Shown: one piece after another, positions 20,097 through 29,959 of the stretch
How the letters are laid out: every line of letters begins with the position of its first letter
Position numbering within the stretch: position 1 is the stretch's first letter
NCBI GenBank assembly: GCA_965140585.1
Contig: OZ223270.1
Span: 224,001 to 288,000 of the forward strand
Reading direction: 5' to 3'
DNA: 64,000 nt
From: Spirochaetia bacterium
GTDB lineage: Bacteria; Spirochaetota; Spirochaetia; UBA9216
The notes under the pieces: model-generated
The model's input: only the letters and a program-made list of their open reading frames with translations
The model's database searches: none
What the model was told of the DNA's origin: nothing
Program-made: the position numbers and the translations under genes

Positions 20097-21989
20097 TTAA
20101 TACAGATATTTTGCTATTCCACCACAGCAGACGATCATCCAGGAGCCCCAAAGAAGTGCAGTAAACAAACCAGCCCAGATGCTGTTAGTCTTTTTACTGA
20201 TATACATATTAAGAGCATTTGCAATCGACATTCCGATCACAAGAGGAAAAATTGCGATTGAATAAATATACATTCTGTCTTTCATGAAATAATCCGCATT
20301 AGTCAATGTGTTTCCAATGTTAAGAATCAGTATAAACACAAGCCATAACAGGAAAATTCCTCCTACAGTTATTGCAGAACCGGCAGCTGTGGTCTTTAAC
20401 AATCCTTTTCCCGTATCTTCCATATCATTTATACCAATGCTTCTCAGGGCAAGGCTGCTGACCAGAAAATATGGGATCAGAAATATAAAATACATCAGCA
20501 CCGCAAATGTGCGGTTTGTATTAATAACAGACATCATAAATGTAGCTATATGCAGGCCTTGCTTGGTATATGCGGAAATCAGAGCAAAAAGCAAGTATCC
20601 GCTGCAGACCGTTATTAAACCAAAAAAGAATGCTTTTAAGATATAACTCAATTTAAATTCCCCACTTTCTGAAGTAGAAAACCCGTAAGTCTGAAAATTA
20701 CCCCCATTTTTCCGACCATATGCAAAATGGTAAATAAGGAAATAGACAAGCATAGCTATAGCTACAGTCCACTGCCAGGAAATGTAAGTATTGTTCGTTC
20801 CGCTCAGCAGCCATATTTTTGAAATATCAATGCCCAGGAATTTTGTTGAAGCAAGTATCCCTGTTCGATACAAGAGCACGGGAATAATAAATAACACAGC
20901 AATCGCAATATACCATGACGGTGTATTCTTTTTGAATCCGACACTCTGAACAGCCTGAAGCTTTAGACTTCGAAATGTTTCTGTTTTGAACAACAAAGAG
21001 GCAATGAAAAACATCATTGTGACAACAGATATTAGCATTAAAATAAATCCAAGATCTTTCAAATACCATACCGTACCGATTTTTTTATATTCCGAGTAAT
21101 CTTTAACTCCATCATCAAGGCCGAATCCAGTCTGACTGGTTATAGCATAAATAACAGTTTTAACTGTATCTTGTGAAACCAGATAATATGCATGGGCCGA
21201 ATTTGGCATATAAGCCGAGCGATCATACCTTTTCCCGTTTGTGCCTTTGGCAGTATATACTTTGCCGGTTTCTATTTCAGGAAGAGTACCGGCATCAGAT
21301 TCATAATCACCTGTAAATATGCGTTTTAATTGTTCATGCTGAAAAATACTTGAAACATTGTTATTGCTTCTGGAGAGAATACTTTCATCTGAATCGCCGA
21401 ATATAACTGCAAAATTAAAATTATGGTCATGATTTTCCGGCTTCCCGTACAGGTTCATACCAAGATTAACCTGCATGAAGATCTCCTCCTGATGCTTCAG
21501 GGCAAATGACATAGTATAGATACCACCCATGGAATGACCCATTGTTACAATTTTACTTAAATCAATAAAATTATAGTTTCGTACTGTATTCCAGATGGTT
21601 TCAGTTCCCATTGTAGCCCAGCCCGAGGCTTCAACCGGTGTCATTTCGGATAACCCTGTAGCAATATCTGAATTATGAGTACCTGTATAATCCCAGGTAA
21701 CGACTACGTACCCTCTTCTTGCTAATTCCAGAGCATATGTTCCTGTCTGTTCCAGCATGTCATTTCCACCATGCAGAATCATTGCACAGGGGGCTGGATT
21801 TTTAATAGTTGCAGAATCAGGCTTGTAAAGCATTGCATTAATACGGTCTCCATCAGCACTGGTAAGGAGCATATCGGTTACCCTGGTTCTCCCCCAATTT
21901 GAGTCCGTGCCTAAAATTAGTAAAAGTGATAATGCAGATAAGAAAACAATCATGATAATCGGGATCAATCCTGTTTTTTTGTCCTTCAT
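20097..21989 (-). CDS. Membrane-anchored alpha/beta hydrolase with multi-TM C-terminal domain
   Basis: LHGG, ELARRGYVV, GHSMGG nucleophile motif; about 8 C-terminal TM helices. Confidence 0.78.
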   Translation of the reverse strand: MKDKKTGLIPIIMIVFLSALSLLLILGTDSNWGRTRVTDMLLTSADGDRINAMLYKPDSATIKNPAPCAMILHGGNDMLEQTGTYALELARRGYVVVTWDYTGTHNSDIATGLSEMTPVEASGWATMGTETIWNTVRNYNFIDLSKIVTMGHSMGGIYTMSFALKHQEEIFMQVNLGMNLYGKPENHDHNFNFAVIFGDSDESILSRSNNNVSSIFQHEQLKRIFTGDYESDAGTLPEIETGKVYTAKGTNGKRYDRSAYMPNSAHAYYLVSQDTVKTVIYAITSQTGFGLDDGVKDYSEYKKIGTVWYLKDLGFILMLISVVTMMFFIASLLFKTETFRSLKLQAVQSVGFKKNTPSWYIAIAVLFIIPVLLYRTGILASTKFLGIDISKIWLLSGTNNTYISWQWTVAIAMLVYFLIYHFAYGRKNGGNFQTYGFSTSESGEFKLSYILKAFFFGLITVCSGYLLFALISAYTKQGLHIATFMMSVINTNRTFAVLMYFIFLIPYFLVSSLALRSIGINDMEDTGKGLLKTTAAGSAITVGGIFLLWLVFILILNIGNTLTNADYFMKDRMYIYSIAIFPLVIGMSIANALNMYISKKTNSIWAGLFTALLWGSWMIVCCGGIAKYLY

Positions 21990-22251
21990 AAAATGGCTCC
22001 TATTAATAATTTTTAAGAATTGTGATCATCGTGTTTTTATCGATCGATTTACGATAATTGAATCGAAAGACATACTAACACAATAGTTTTTTATTTCAAA
22101 ACATCAAAATTAATGTAACTCTACAACATATTAGTTGTACCAAGACAAGATAAGTGCACTATATCTATATGATATATTATATTGTCTTGGTAAATTATCA
22201 TGTGATATACTGTTTTCACAAAAATAATTTAAGGAAATGTAATACTATTTT

Positions 22252-23307
22252 ATGGCAAACATTTATGACATTGCTAAAGCCGCTAACACATCCTCTGCAA
22301 CTGTTTCATTCGTCCTGAATGGAAGGGGAAGAGAAAAAAGAATATCGGAACATACGATTAATAAAATCAAAAACTTAGCAATAGAAATGAATTATATTCC
22401 CAATGTTTCTGCTAAAAGATTAAATGCAGACAAAAATTCTTCGACACTCCCTGAGATTGCACTGCTCTGGTCAACCAGTCAGCATTTTACTTATTTGAAC
22501 AGTTTTATTCATACTGCTCAAAAGATGTTAGATAATAATGAAGTACAGAAAATGAAGTTTACGATCATCCCGTTCCGTGAAGGAGCATTGAACGAATATG
22601 ATAATTTCTTTTCCAGCAATCATTGTAATGGATTGATTGTTCCTCATGTTACACTGGACGATTATAATTTCATTGAGAACTTAGAGACTTCCATTCCGCT
22701 GATTCTTCTTTTTGGTAAATCTAAAAAGCATTCTGTAGTTACGGTAGATAATCTTAAGGCCGGTAAATTAGCTGCGGACATGTTTATCAACAAAGGTATA
22801 AAAAATGCAGTCTATATTGGTGAGCAGTCTTTTAAGTATAATTTAAACCCCTCAGACAGAAGAGATGGTTTTATGAATAAGTGTATTGAAAATGGCATCG
22901 ATGTCGATAATATCATCATTCCACTAGATATTATAACAAATGACGGAAACCCGGAGCTCCAGATTGGTGCAAAAGTTGGCGAGTGGTGCGTTAAACAATT
23001 ATGCAGCCAAAAATCATTACCTCAGGCTATTTTTGCACAAAATGATTTAATTGCATCAAGCTTGCTCAAAGCCTTTAGAAAAAGAAATATCTCAATCCCG
23101 GACGATATCATGCTTTTAGCCTACGGCAGTTCTTTTTTTGCAGAAAACAGCTCTCCTACAATAACCACAATTCACCATGACTATCATAAAATTGCTCATA
23201 CTACAATTTTACTGATGGAAGAATTGCTTCTAAACCCTTCACTTTCACCCTCAGTGAAAATTGTCAAAACACCCGTAATCTACAGAGAGAGTTTTCCCAA
23301 ATTATAA
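22252..23307 (+). CDS. LacI family transcriptional regulator
   Basis: MANIYDIAKAANTSSATVSFVLNG, YIPN..A..L, IPDDI, YRES. Confidence 0.9.
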   Translation: MANIYDIAKAANTSSATVSFVLNGRGREKRISEHTINKIKNLAIEMNYIPNVSAKRLNADKNSSTLPEIALLWSTSQHFTYLNSFIHTAQKMLDNNEVQKMKFTIIPFREGALNEYDNFFSSNHCNGLIVPHVTLDDYNFIENLETSIPLILLFGKSKKHSVVTVDNLKAGKLAADMFINKGIKNAVYIGEQSFKYNLNPSDRRDGFMNKCIENGIDVDNIIIPLDIITNDGNPELQIGAKVGEWCVKQLCSQKSLPQAIFAQNDLIASSLLKAFRKRNISIPDDIMLLAYGSSFFAENSSPTITTIHHDYHKIAHTTILLMEELLLNPSLSPSVKIVKTPVIYRESFPKL

Positions 23308-23441
23308 ATATTAAAACCTGACAGTTAAAATCAGGATATTTAAAAAGTATAAATATGTTTTTATTCTATTTCCAAATATATCTAAAATTGACTTTATGCC
23401 TTCTCAAATTTTTACTTGTATGATTTAACTGTATAATTTAT

Positions 23442-23500
23442 TTGACAAATAAAAATTTATATATTAGCATAATCCCCACAATTGATTAACCGGTTAAGCA
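23442..23500 (+). promoter_or_regulatory. Sigma70 promoter with downstream LacI-type operator
   Basis: TTGACA(23442)-N17-TAGCAT; palindrome TTAACCGGTTAA at 23486-23497. Confidence 0.65.
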
Positions 23501-23551
23501 TATCTTATAAATTGAATCTCAGAAAATAATTTTTTATATAGGAGAGGGAAA

Positions 23552-25147
23552 TTGAAAAAAAGAAGAATTTTGTTGATCACAATATTGGCATGCTTCATAG
23601 TAATGCCGATTATGGCAGGAGGAAATCAGGACACAGCCGAGCAGCCGTCGACAGCAAAGGCCACAGCAGGTCCTCAGTATGGTGGAATATTGAAGATTGG
23701 CCATAGCGATGAACTGACATGTCTTGGATATCCAGGGAGACAGGCTTCATTCGGTGATTTAATTTATAGCACGCCTAGCATTGAAACTCTTTGTCGCTTT
23801 GATGGAAAAGGGATCCTAGAGCCCTGGCTTTGTGAATCTTACAATGCTGACCCTGAAACATTGACTCTTACAGTAAGCCTGAAGAAGGGAATATCCTTTC
23901 ACGATGGTACACCGTTTAATTCTGAAGCGGTAAAATGGAATTGGGAAGAATTTACCGCTTCCGGTAGAAATGAAATCAAATCAATAACATCAATTGAAAC
24001 TCCTGATGAATTCACAGTTATAGCTCACATGGCAGAATGGGATAATACACTGCCTGAATATGCACTATATGTTGCCGGTTGGATGGTTTCTCCCACCCAT
24101 GTAAAAACTGTGGGCATAGAAAAAGCTATGGGTGAACCTGTAGGAACCGGCCCATTTAAATTTGTTAAATGGACAAGAGAAAGTGAAATTGTATATACAA
24201 AGAATGAAAATTACTGGCGGAACGGTGAGCCTTACCTTGATGGTATAACCTTCTATTTTCTTATGGATGACAATACTATGACTTCCGCTTTTAAAAGCGG
24301 TGAAATAGATATAAGTTTTAGTTCAAACAGAGATTTTACCGATGCAATGTTCAGTGCCGGATTATCATCTATTTCAAGACCTCAGAATTCCGGGATTCCG
24401 GTATTCTTTATGATCTTTGATTCTACCGCCAAAGGTTATCCGACAAGTAATATACTTGTACGTAAGGCATTCAGCCATGCTGTTAATATGGATGCCATCA
24501 TAAACATAATGGGCGGTCCCAATCTATATATTCGAACTGATCAATGGGCGGCGCCTAACAGCTGGTCGTATAATCAGGATACAATCGGCTATGAATATAA
24601 TCCGGAAAAAGCCCGTGAATTATTAGCAGAAGCAGGATATAAAGCTGGCGAGTGTGTCATAGACCTTGTTTATACACCTTTCGGAACAAATCCGGAAATG
24701 GCCGCTGCTACCCAGGAAATGCTTTCTCAGGTTGGCATAAAAGGAAATTTGGTTCCGGTCGATCAGGCTCGCTCCAATGAGATGTCAGGCATTGGGGGAG
24801 TCTGGAATGGAGTATTTCTTAGTGCAGGAAGATGTGATCCGGATGTCGGCCCAATCTATGCACGAACTTTTACCGACAGTGGTGTGAGATATGTGGGCGG
24901 AACAATTCATCCACCGGAGCTCGCTGAATTAATAGATTTGGCAAAATCCGCAAAAACTTTCGAAGAAAAACAGGAATATTCTCAGAAAATGAGCCGTATG
25001 CTGATTGATGATTATTGTCTGCTTGCTCCAATAAGCATACCTATTTCACCGATTTTTTCTCAAAATTATGTTCATGGTACAAACAAGAACTATAACCATT
25101 TTATTTTATGGAATCCCGAATCGACATATTTGTCCAAATTAAAATAA
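23552..25147 (+). CDS. ABC transporter substrate-binding protein, family 5 (Opp/Dpp-like)
   Basis: PQYGG, FHDGTPFNSEAVKW, PVGTGPFK, YNPEKARELLAEAGY. Confidence 0.9.
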   Translation: MKKRRILLITILACFIVMPIMAGGNQDTAEQPSTAKATAGPQYGGILKIGHSDELTCLGYPGRQASFGDLIYSTPSIETLCRFDGKGILEPWLCESYNADPETLTLTVSLKKGISFHDGTPFNSEAVKWNWEEFTASGRNEIKSITSIETPDEFTVIAHMAEWDNTLPEYALYVAGWMVSPTHVKTVGIEKAMGEPVGTGPFKFVKWTRESEIVYTKNENYWRNGEPYLDGITFYFLMDDNTMTSAFKSGEIDISFSSNRDFTDAMFSAGLSSISRPQNSGIPVFFMIFDSTAKGYPTSNILVRKAFSHAVNMDAIINIMGGPNLYIRTDQWAAPNSWSYNQDTIGYEYNPEKARELLAEAGYKAGECVIDLVYTPFGTNPEMAAATQEMLSQVGIKGNLVPVDQARSNEMSGIGGVWNGVFLSAGRCDPDVGPIYARTFTDSGVRYVGGTIHPPELAELIDLAKSAKTFEEKQEYSQKMSRMLIDDYCLLAPISIPISPIFSQNYVHGTNKNYNHFILWNPESTYLSKLK

Positions 25148-25172
25148 ATTAGTTTTATTCACTCTTATACTT

Positions 25173-25204
25173 GGGAAACAGGTTGTACCAACCTGTTTCC
25201 CTTT
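25173..25204 (+). terminator. Hairpin after the SBP gene (partial terminator or mRNA stabiliser)
   Basis: GGGAAACAGGTTG-tac-CAACCTGTTTCCC, 13-bp stem. Confidence 0.6.
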
Positions 25205-25221
25205 AACATTGGAAGTTTTTT

Positions 25222-26175
25222 ATGAGTAAATATATTCTTAAACGACTAAGACAATCGGTGGTTGTTATATTGATTGTCTCAGCTTTTACATACATGCTGA
25301 TGTATTCATTGCCCGGGGATCCTGTATATGCAATTCTGGGAAGTGATATAACAGCTGAACAGTATGATATTGCTTTCCACGAAATGAATCTGGATAAACC
25401 GGCCATAACACGATATTTTGTATGGTTTGGCAATTTTCTAAGTGGAGATCTCGGTACATCATTTAAATATCACATGCCTGTCAGCACCCTGATTGCTGAA
25501 AGACTGAAAGTAACCATGTATCTTGGCATTATCTCAATAATACTAAGCTCACTGCTGGGAATGTTATTCGGAATAATTAGTGGGACAAAACGAAAATCTG
25601 CGGCTGATAATATCATAACAATATTAGCTAATCTTGGTGCGGTGATGCCTCTTTTCTGGATAGGTGTATTGGGAATGTATATTTTTGCGATGAAACTGAA
25701 CTGGCTTCCCTCTTTTGGTTTTTCTTTCCCGGTAAGAGGCAATATAGCTACCAGTATAAAACAGACTATACTACCTGTTTTCTGCCTTTCATTATCTTCA
25801 ATAGCATCGATGACCAGGCAGATGCGCTCAAGCATACTCGAAGTTGTCCAACAGGATTATATGAGAACAGCAAGGGCAAAAGGCTTACCTGAAATCAGAA
25901 TTATTCTTAATCATGGTTTAAAAAATGCCATGATTCCTATTGCAACCTTAATTGGAATGAGTTTTAAGCAGATTGTTGCTGGTGCAGTAACGATTGAAAT
26001 CGTTTTTAGTATTCCAGGTATGGGACAATTATTAGTCAACAGTATCATGAGTAAGGATATTGCTCTTATTCAAGCTTGTATAATGATTACAGCAATTGTC
26101 GTGGCATTGTCAAACCTTCTAGTAGATATATCCTATGGATATCTCGATCCAAGAATGAGAATTAAACAAGGATAA
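25222..26175 (+). CDS. Opp/Dpp ABC permease (DppB-like)
   Basis: LPGDP, GDLGTS, DYMRTARAKGL, LDPR. Confidence 0.93.
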   Translation: MSKYILKRLRQSVVVILIVSAFTYMLMYSLPGDPVYAILGSDITAEQYDIAFHEMNLDKPAITRYFVWFGNFLSGDLGTSFKYHMPVSTLIAERLKVTMYLGIISIILSSLLGMLFGIISGTKRKSAADNIITILANLGAVMPLFWIGVLGMYIFAMKLNWLPSFGFSFPVRGNIATSIKQTILPVFCLSLSSIASMTRQMRSSILEVVQQDYMRTARAKGLPEIRIILNHGLKNAMIPIATLIGMSFKQIVAGAVTIEIVFSIPGMGQLLVNSIMSKDIALIQACIMITAIVVALSNLLVDISYGYLDPRMRIKQG

Positions 26176-26180
26176 TTAAA

Positions 26181-27044
26181 ATGACTGAGAACAGAAAGAA
26201 AAAAAGAATTTTAATATTTTTTCACAATTTTTTTAAACGACGTATTGTTATCCTGGGAGTCATCCTTGTTTTATTTTTTTTATTTGCTGCAGTATTCGCA
26301 CCATTTTTAACAAAATATGATCCATATAAAGCTGATTATTCAGCCCTTCTGCAGCAACCATCTATGGACCACCTGCTTGGAACAGATAATCTTGGAAGAG
26401 ATGTACTTACCCGTTTATTATATGGGGCAAGAACATCGCTGCTGATAGGCGTAGCAGCTGTAATAATTGCTGCAGTAATCGGGGTGTTGCTTGGAGTCGT
26501 ATCAGGTTATTTTGGAGGAATTATTGATGTAGTCATCATGCGATTTATTGATGCCATGATGACGCTGCCTGCAATATTAATCGCTATGGCACTCAGTATT
26601 TTCCTGGGAAAGAGTCTTATAAGCCTGATGTTCATTTTAGGGTTATCAACAGTCCCTGCCTATACAAGATTGATGCATGCGCAGGTATTGAAAATTAAAA
26701 ATTCTGATTTTATCAGTGCTGAACATATTCTCGGGGCAAGTGATCATTTAATAATAGTCAAACACCTTATCCCCAACTGCATATCACCGCTTATAGTGCT
26801 GATTACTCAGAATATAGGATTCACTATACTTGCAGAAGCAAGCTTGAGTTTTCTCGGTCTAGGAATTATCCCTCCGACAGCCTCCTGGGGAGCGATGATT
26901 AATGACGGGTATCATAAATTACTTTCAAACCCTGCATTCGGTCTTTCTCCCGGCATTTGCATAGTATTGCTAGTTCTTGGACTGAATATCATGGGAGATG
27001 GATTACGTGATGTTTTTGATCCCAGACTAAGGGGGTCAATTTAA
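26181..27044 (+). CDS. Opp/Dpp ABC permease (DppC-like)
   Basis: HLLGTDNLGRDVLTRLLYGARTSL, EASLSFLGLG, GDGLRD. Confidence 0.93.
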   Translation: MTENRKKKRILIFFHNFFKRRIVILGVILVLFFLFAAVFAPFLTKYDPYKADYSALLQQPSMDHLLGTDNLGRDVLTRLLYGARTSLLIGVAAVIIAAVIGVLLGVVSGYFGGIIDVVIMRFIDAMMTLPAILIAMALSIFLGKSLISLMFILGLSTVPAYTRLMHAQVLKIKNSDFISAEHILGASDHLIIVKHLIPNCISPLIVLITQNIGFTILAEASLSFLGLGIIPPTASWGAMINDGYHKLLSNPAFGLSPGICIVLLVLGLNIMGDGLRDVFDPRLRGSI

Positions 27045-29081
27045 ATGAGTAGTTCAAAGTCAACCAATCACTACCTTGAAGTAAAGGATTTACATATTTC
27101 ATTTAGTACAGAAGAAGGAAAAACCGCTGCTGTAGATGGGGTTTCCTACTATATCGACTCGGGAGAAGTTGTAAGCTTTGTTGGTGAAAGCGGTTCAGGA
27201 AAAACCGTAAGCCAACTTGCATGCATGCAATTAATTGCATCACCACCTGGAATAATTGAATCGGGAAGTATTTATCTGGAAGGTCAGGATATTTTAAAAT
27301 ATCCGGCAAAGAGCAGAGAGATGCAGAACATTAGGGGAGGTAAGATCGGTATGGTTTTTCAGGAACCGATGACATCTCTTAACCCAGTCAAAACTATCGG
27401 AGCTCAAATTCAGGAAGTATTTGAACTCCATACTGAAATAAAAGGTAAGGCAGCCGAAAAACATACTGTTGCTCTTTTAAAAAGTGTAGGAATTCCCGAT
27501 GCAGAAAAAAGGATCAATGATTATCCTTTTCAATTTTCAGGCGGAATGCGACAAAGAATCATGGTAGCTATATCTGTCGCCGGAAACCCTAAATTAATTA
27601 TAGCCGATGAGCCTACAACCGCTCTGGACGTTACAACACAAGCACAAATACTGCAACTTCTAAAGGAGACAACTGTAGATAAAGGAGCCGGTCTCTTACT
27701 TGTAACACATAATCTTGGTGTTGTGGCAAGGTATTCTGACAGGATTTATGTCATGTATGCTGGACGAATAGTTGAGTCGGGGAATTCTTCTGACGTCTTT
27801 GCACATCCATCTCATCCATATACAAGAGCTCTTCTTGAAGCTGTTCCCAGATTGGATGACAAGCCGAACAGACGCCTGCTGTCTGTTGATAATCCTATGA
27901 ACATAAATGGAAGTGACATAGAAGGCTGCTCTTATGCTTTCCGTTGTCCATACGCAATTGATGAATGTCTGAAAAACGGGCAGCCGGAGCTGGCCAAGGC
28001 TGAAGGCGAGAATCATTTCAGTGCTTGTATATTAAATATTTCAGATCTTAAAGAAAAAGACAAAGAAAAAAAACATGAAGTTTTCAGTGGCAGAAAAATT
28101 AATACTGATAAAGTTATTTTAGATGTAAAAAATCTCAAAACCGGGTTTGAGATCCAAAAAGGATTCTTAAAAAGCAAAAAGCAGGAGATTACAATAATTA
28201 ATAGTATTTCTCTAAAAATACGTTCGGGAGAAACATACGGTCTTGTTGGGGAATCTGGATGCGGAAAAACGACAACAGCCCGTTGTATAACACAGCTTAG
28301 TAAAAGCCGAGAAGGTGAAATTATTTTTAATGGTAAGAATCTATCTTCACTAAAGAGAAATGAGTTAAAAAAAGAACGTAAAAAAATCCAAATGATTTTT
28401 CAGGATCCTTTCAGTTCTCTTGACCCAAGGCAGAAAGCCGGTGCCATAGTAGCGGAACCTTTAACAATACATAAACTGGTTAAAACTTCAAAGGAACTGG
28501 AATACCGGGTTGACGAGCTGTTTTCTCAGGTCGGACTAAAGGTCAATATGAAGGACCGTTATGCACATGAATTCTCAGGTGGACAACGACAGCGTATTGG
28601 AATTGCCCGGGCACTGGCAAGCAATCCTGAACTAATCGTATGTGACGAACCAATTTCAGCATTGGACGTTCAAATCCAAGCACAGATAATCAATTTATTA
28701 ATTGACATTCAGATTCAGACTGGCATTGCTTATCTGTTTATAGCTCATGACCTAGCAGCCGTTAAGCATATAAGCGACAATATTTCCGTAATGTATCTCG
28801 GTAATATTGTAGAAACAGCACCGGCAGAAATTTTATATAATTCTCCTCTTCATCCATACACACAGGTCCTTTTGGCTGCGATTCCAATACCAGATCCCGA
28901 AATTGAGAAAACAAGAGAAACTATCCTTATCCGAGGAGAAACCCCCAGTTTATTCGAGCGGCCGACCGGCTGTAGTTTCAGCAGCAGATGTATACATGTC
29001 CAGGATAGATGCAGGGAAAGAGCTCCTAAGTTAAGGCAATTTTCTGAAGATCATAGTGTAGCCTGTCATCTATTTGATTAA
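27045..29081 (+). CDS. Fused DppD/DppF ABC ATP-binding protein (two NBDs)
   Basis: GESGSGKT and GESGCGKT, FSGGMRQR and FSGGQRQR, two C-terminal Cys clusters. Confidence 0.93.
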   Translation: MSSSKSTNHYLEVKDLHISFSTEEGKTAAVDGVSYYIDSGEVVSFVGESGSGKTVSQLACMQLIASPPGIIESGSIYLEGQDILKYPAKSREMQNIRGGKIGMVFQEPMTSLNPVKTIGAQIQEVFELHTEIKGKAAEKHTVALLKSVGIPDAEKRINDYPFQFSGGMRQRIMVAISVAGNPKLIIADEPTTALDVTTQAQILQLLKETTVDKGAGLLLVTHNLGVVARYSDRIYVMYAGRIVESGNSSDVFAHPSHPYTRALLEAVPRLDDKPNRRLLSVDNPMNINGSDIEGCSYAFRCPYAIDECLKNGQPELAKAEGENHFSACILNISDLKEKDKEKKHEVFSGRKINTDKVILDVKNLKTGFEIQKGFLKSKKQEITIINSISLKIRSGETYGLVGESGCGKTTTARCITQLSKSREGEIIFNGKNLSSLKRNELKKERKKIQMIFQDPFSSLDPRQKAGAIVAEPLTIHKLVKTSKELEYRVDELFSQVGLKVNMKDRYAHEFSGGQRQRIGIARALASNPELIVCDEPISALDVQIQAQIINLLIDIQIQTGIAYLFIAHDLAAVKHISDNISVMYLGNIVETAPAEILYNSPLHPYTQVLLAAIPIPDPEIEKTRETILIRGETPSLFERPTGCSFSSRCIHVQDRCRERAPKLRQFSEDHSVACHLFD

Positions 29082-29110
29082 AACTATAAATAAACCAAGG
29101 AGATTTAAAG

Positions 29111-29959
29111 ATGCCTACTTTACAAATAAACGAGGAAATTGAACTTTATTATGATGAATACGGTACCGGTGGAAACTATTTACTGTGCGCCCAACAAAAT
29201 CATTCACGCATCAGAGACTATACAATAGATTTAGCAGACAAAGGTTTCCATGTTTTTAACATAACTATTAGAGGATACGGACAATCTACGCATATTACAA
29301 AAGGCTATGGTGAGCAGTGGTACAATATATGGGCCCAAGATGTGGTGACGTTTGCATCTTTAATGGGCATCAGGAAATTCTTTTATACCGGAGTTTCTCA
29401 CGGAGCCGGAATCGGATGGACTATCTGCAAAAATCATCCGGAAAAACTGATAGCTTTTCTCAGCGTGGTTGGAGGACCGCATTCAAAAGACGGCAAGGAA
29501 ACTGGAGCAGCCCGAATGCAGACTATTCGAGCTGCTGAATCACCGGAAACATGGAAAGCATATATTGAGCAGTTCTTTGAAAATATAAAACTAAAAATAA
29601 TGGGAGATGAATCTCCCGAAGAAATAAAGATACTAAATAAATTAAATTCAGAGATGTTTAATTCCTGGATGTCAATGACAAAAGAAGAAGCCCAGATTGA
29701 TCCAAAAAAACCATTCCCGGATATAAAGACAGAGGCGGAACTTATCAGTGAACTAAATAAAATTGAATTACCTGTACTACTCCTCGGAGGAATGGGAGAT
29801 GAAATAAGTCTACCTGAAAACCTTATTCGTTCTTGTAAGGCTATTAAGAACTCAAAAATGATTATTTATCAAAATGCAGGACATAATCTTGATAAGGTGC
29901 AAAGAAATAATATTGTGGAAGATATAATTACTTTTTGTAAACAAAGGAATTTAATTTAA
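29111..29959 (+). CDS. Alpha/beta fold hydrolase
   Basis: RGYGQS, GVSHG nucleophile elbow, GMGDE, AGH. Confidence 0.82.
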   Translation: MPTLQINEEIELYYDEYGTGGNYLLCAQQNHSRIRDYTIDLADKGFHVFNITIRGYGQSTHITKGYGEQWYNIWAQDVVTFASLMGIRKFFYTGVSHGAGIGWTICKNHPEKLIAFLSVVGGPHSKDGKETGAARMQTIRAAESPETWKAYIEQFFENIKLKIMGDESPEEIKILNKLNSEMFNSWMSMTKEEAQIDPKKPFPDIKTEAELISELNKIELPVLLLGGMGDEISLPENLIRSCKAIKNSKMIIYQNAGHNLDKVQRNNIVEDIITFCKQRNLI

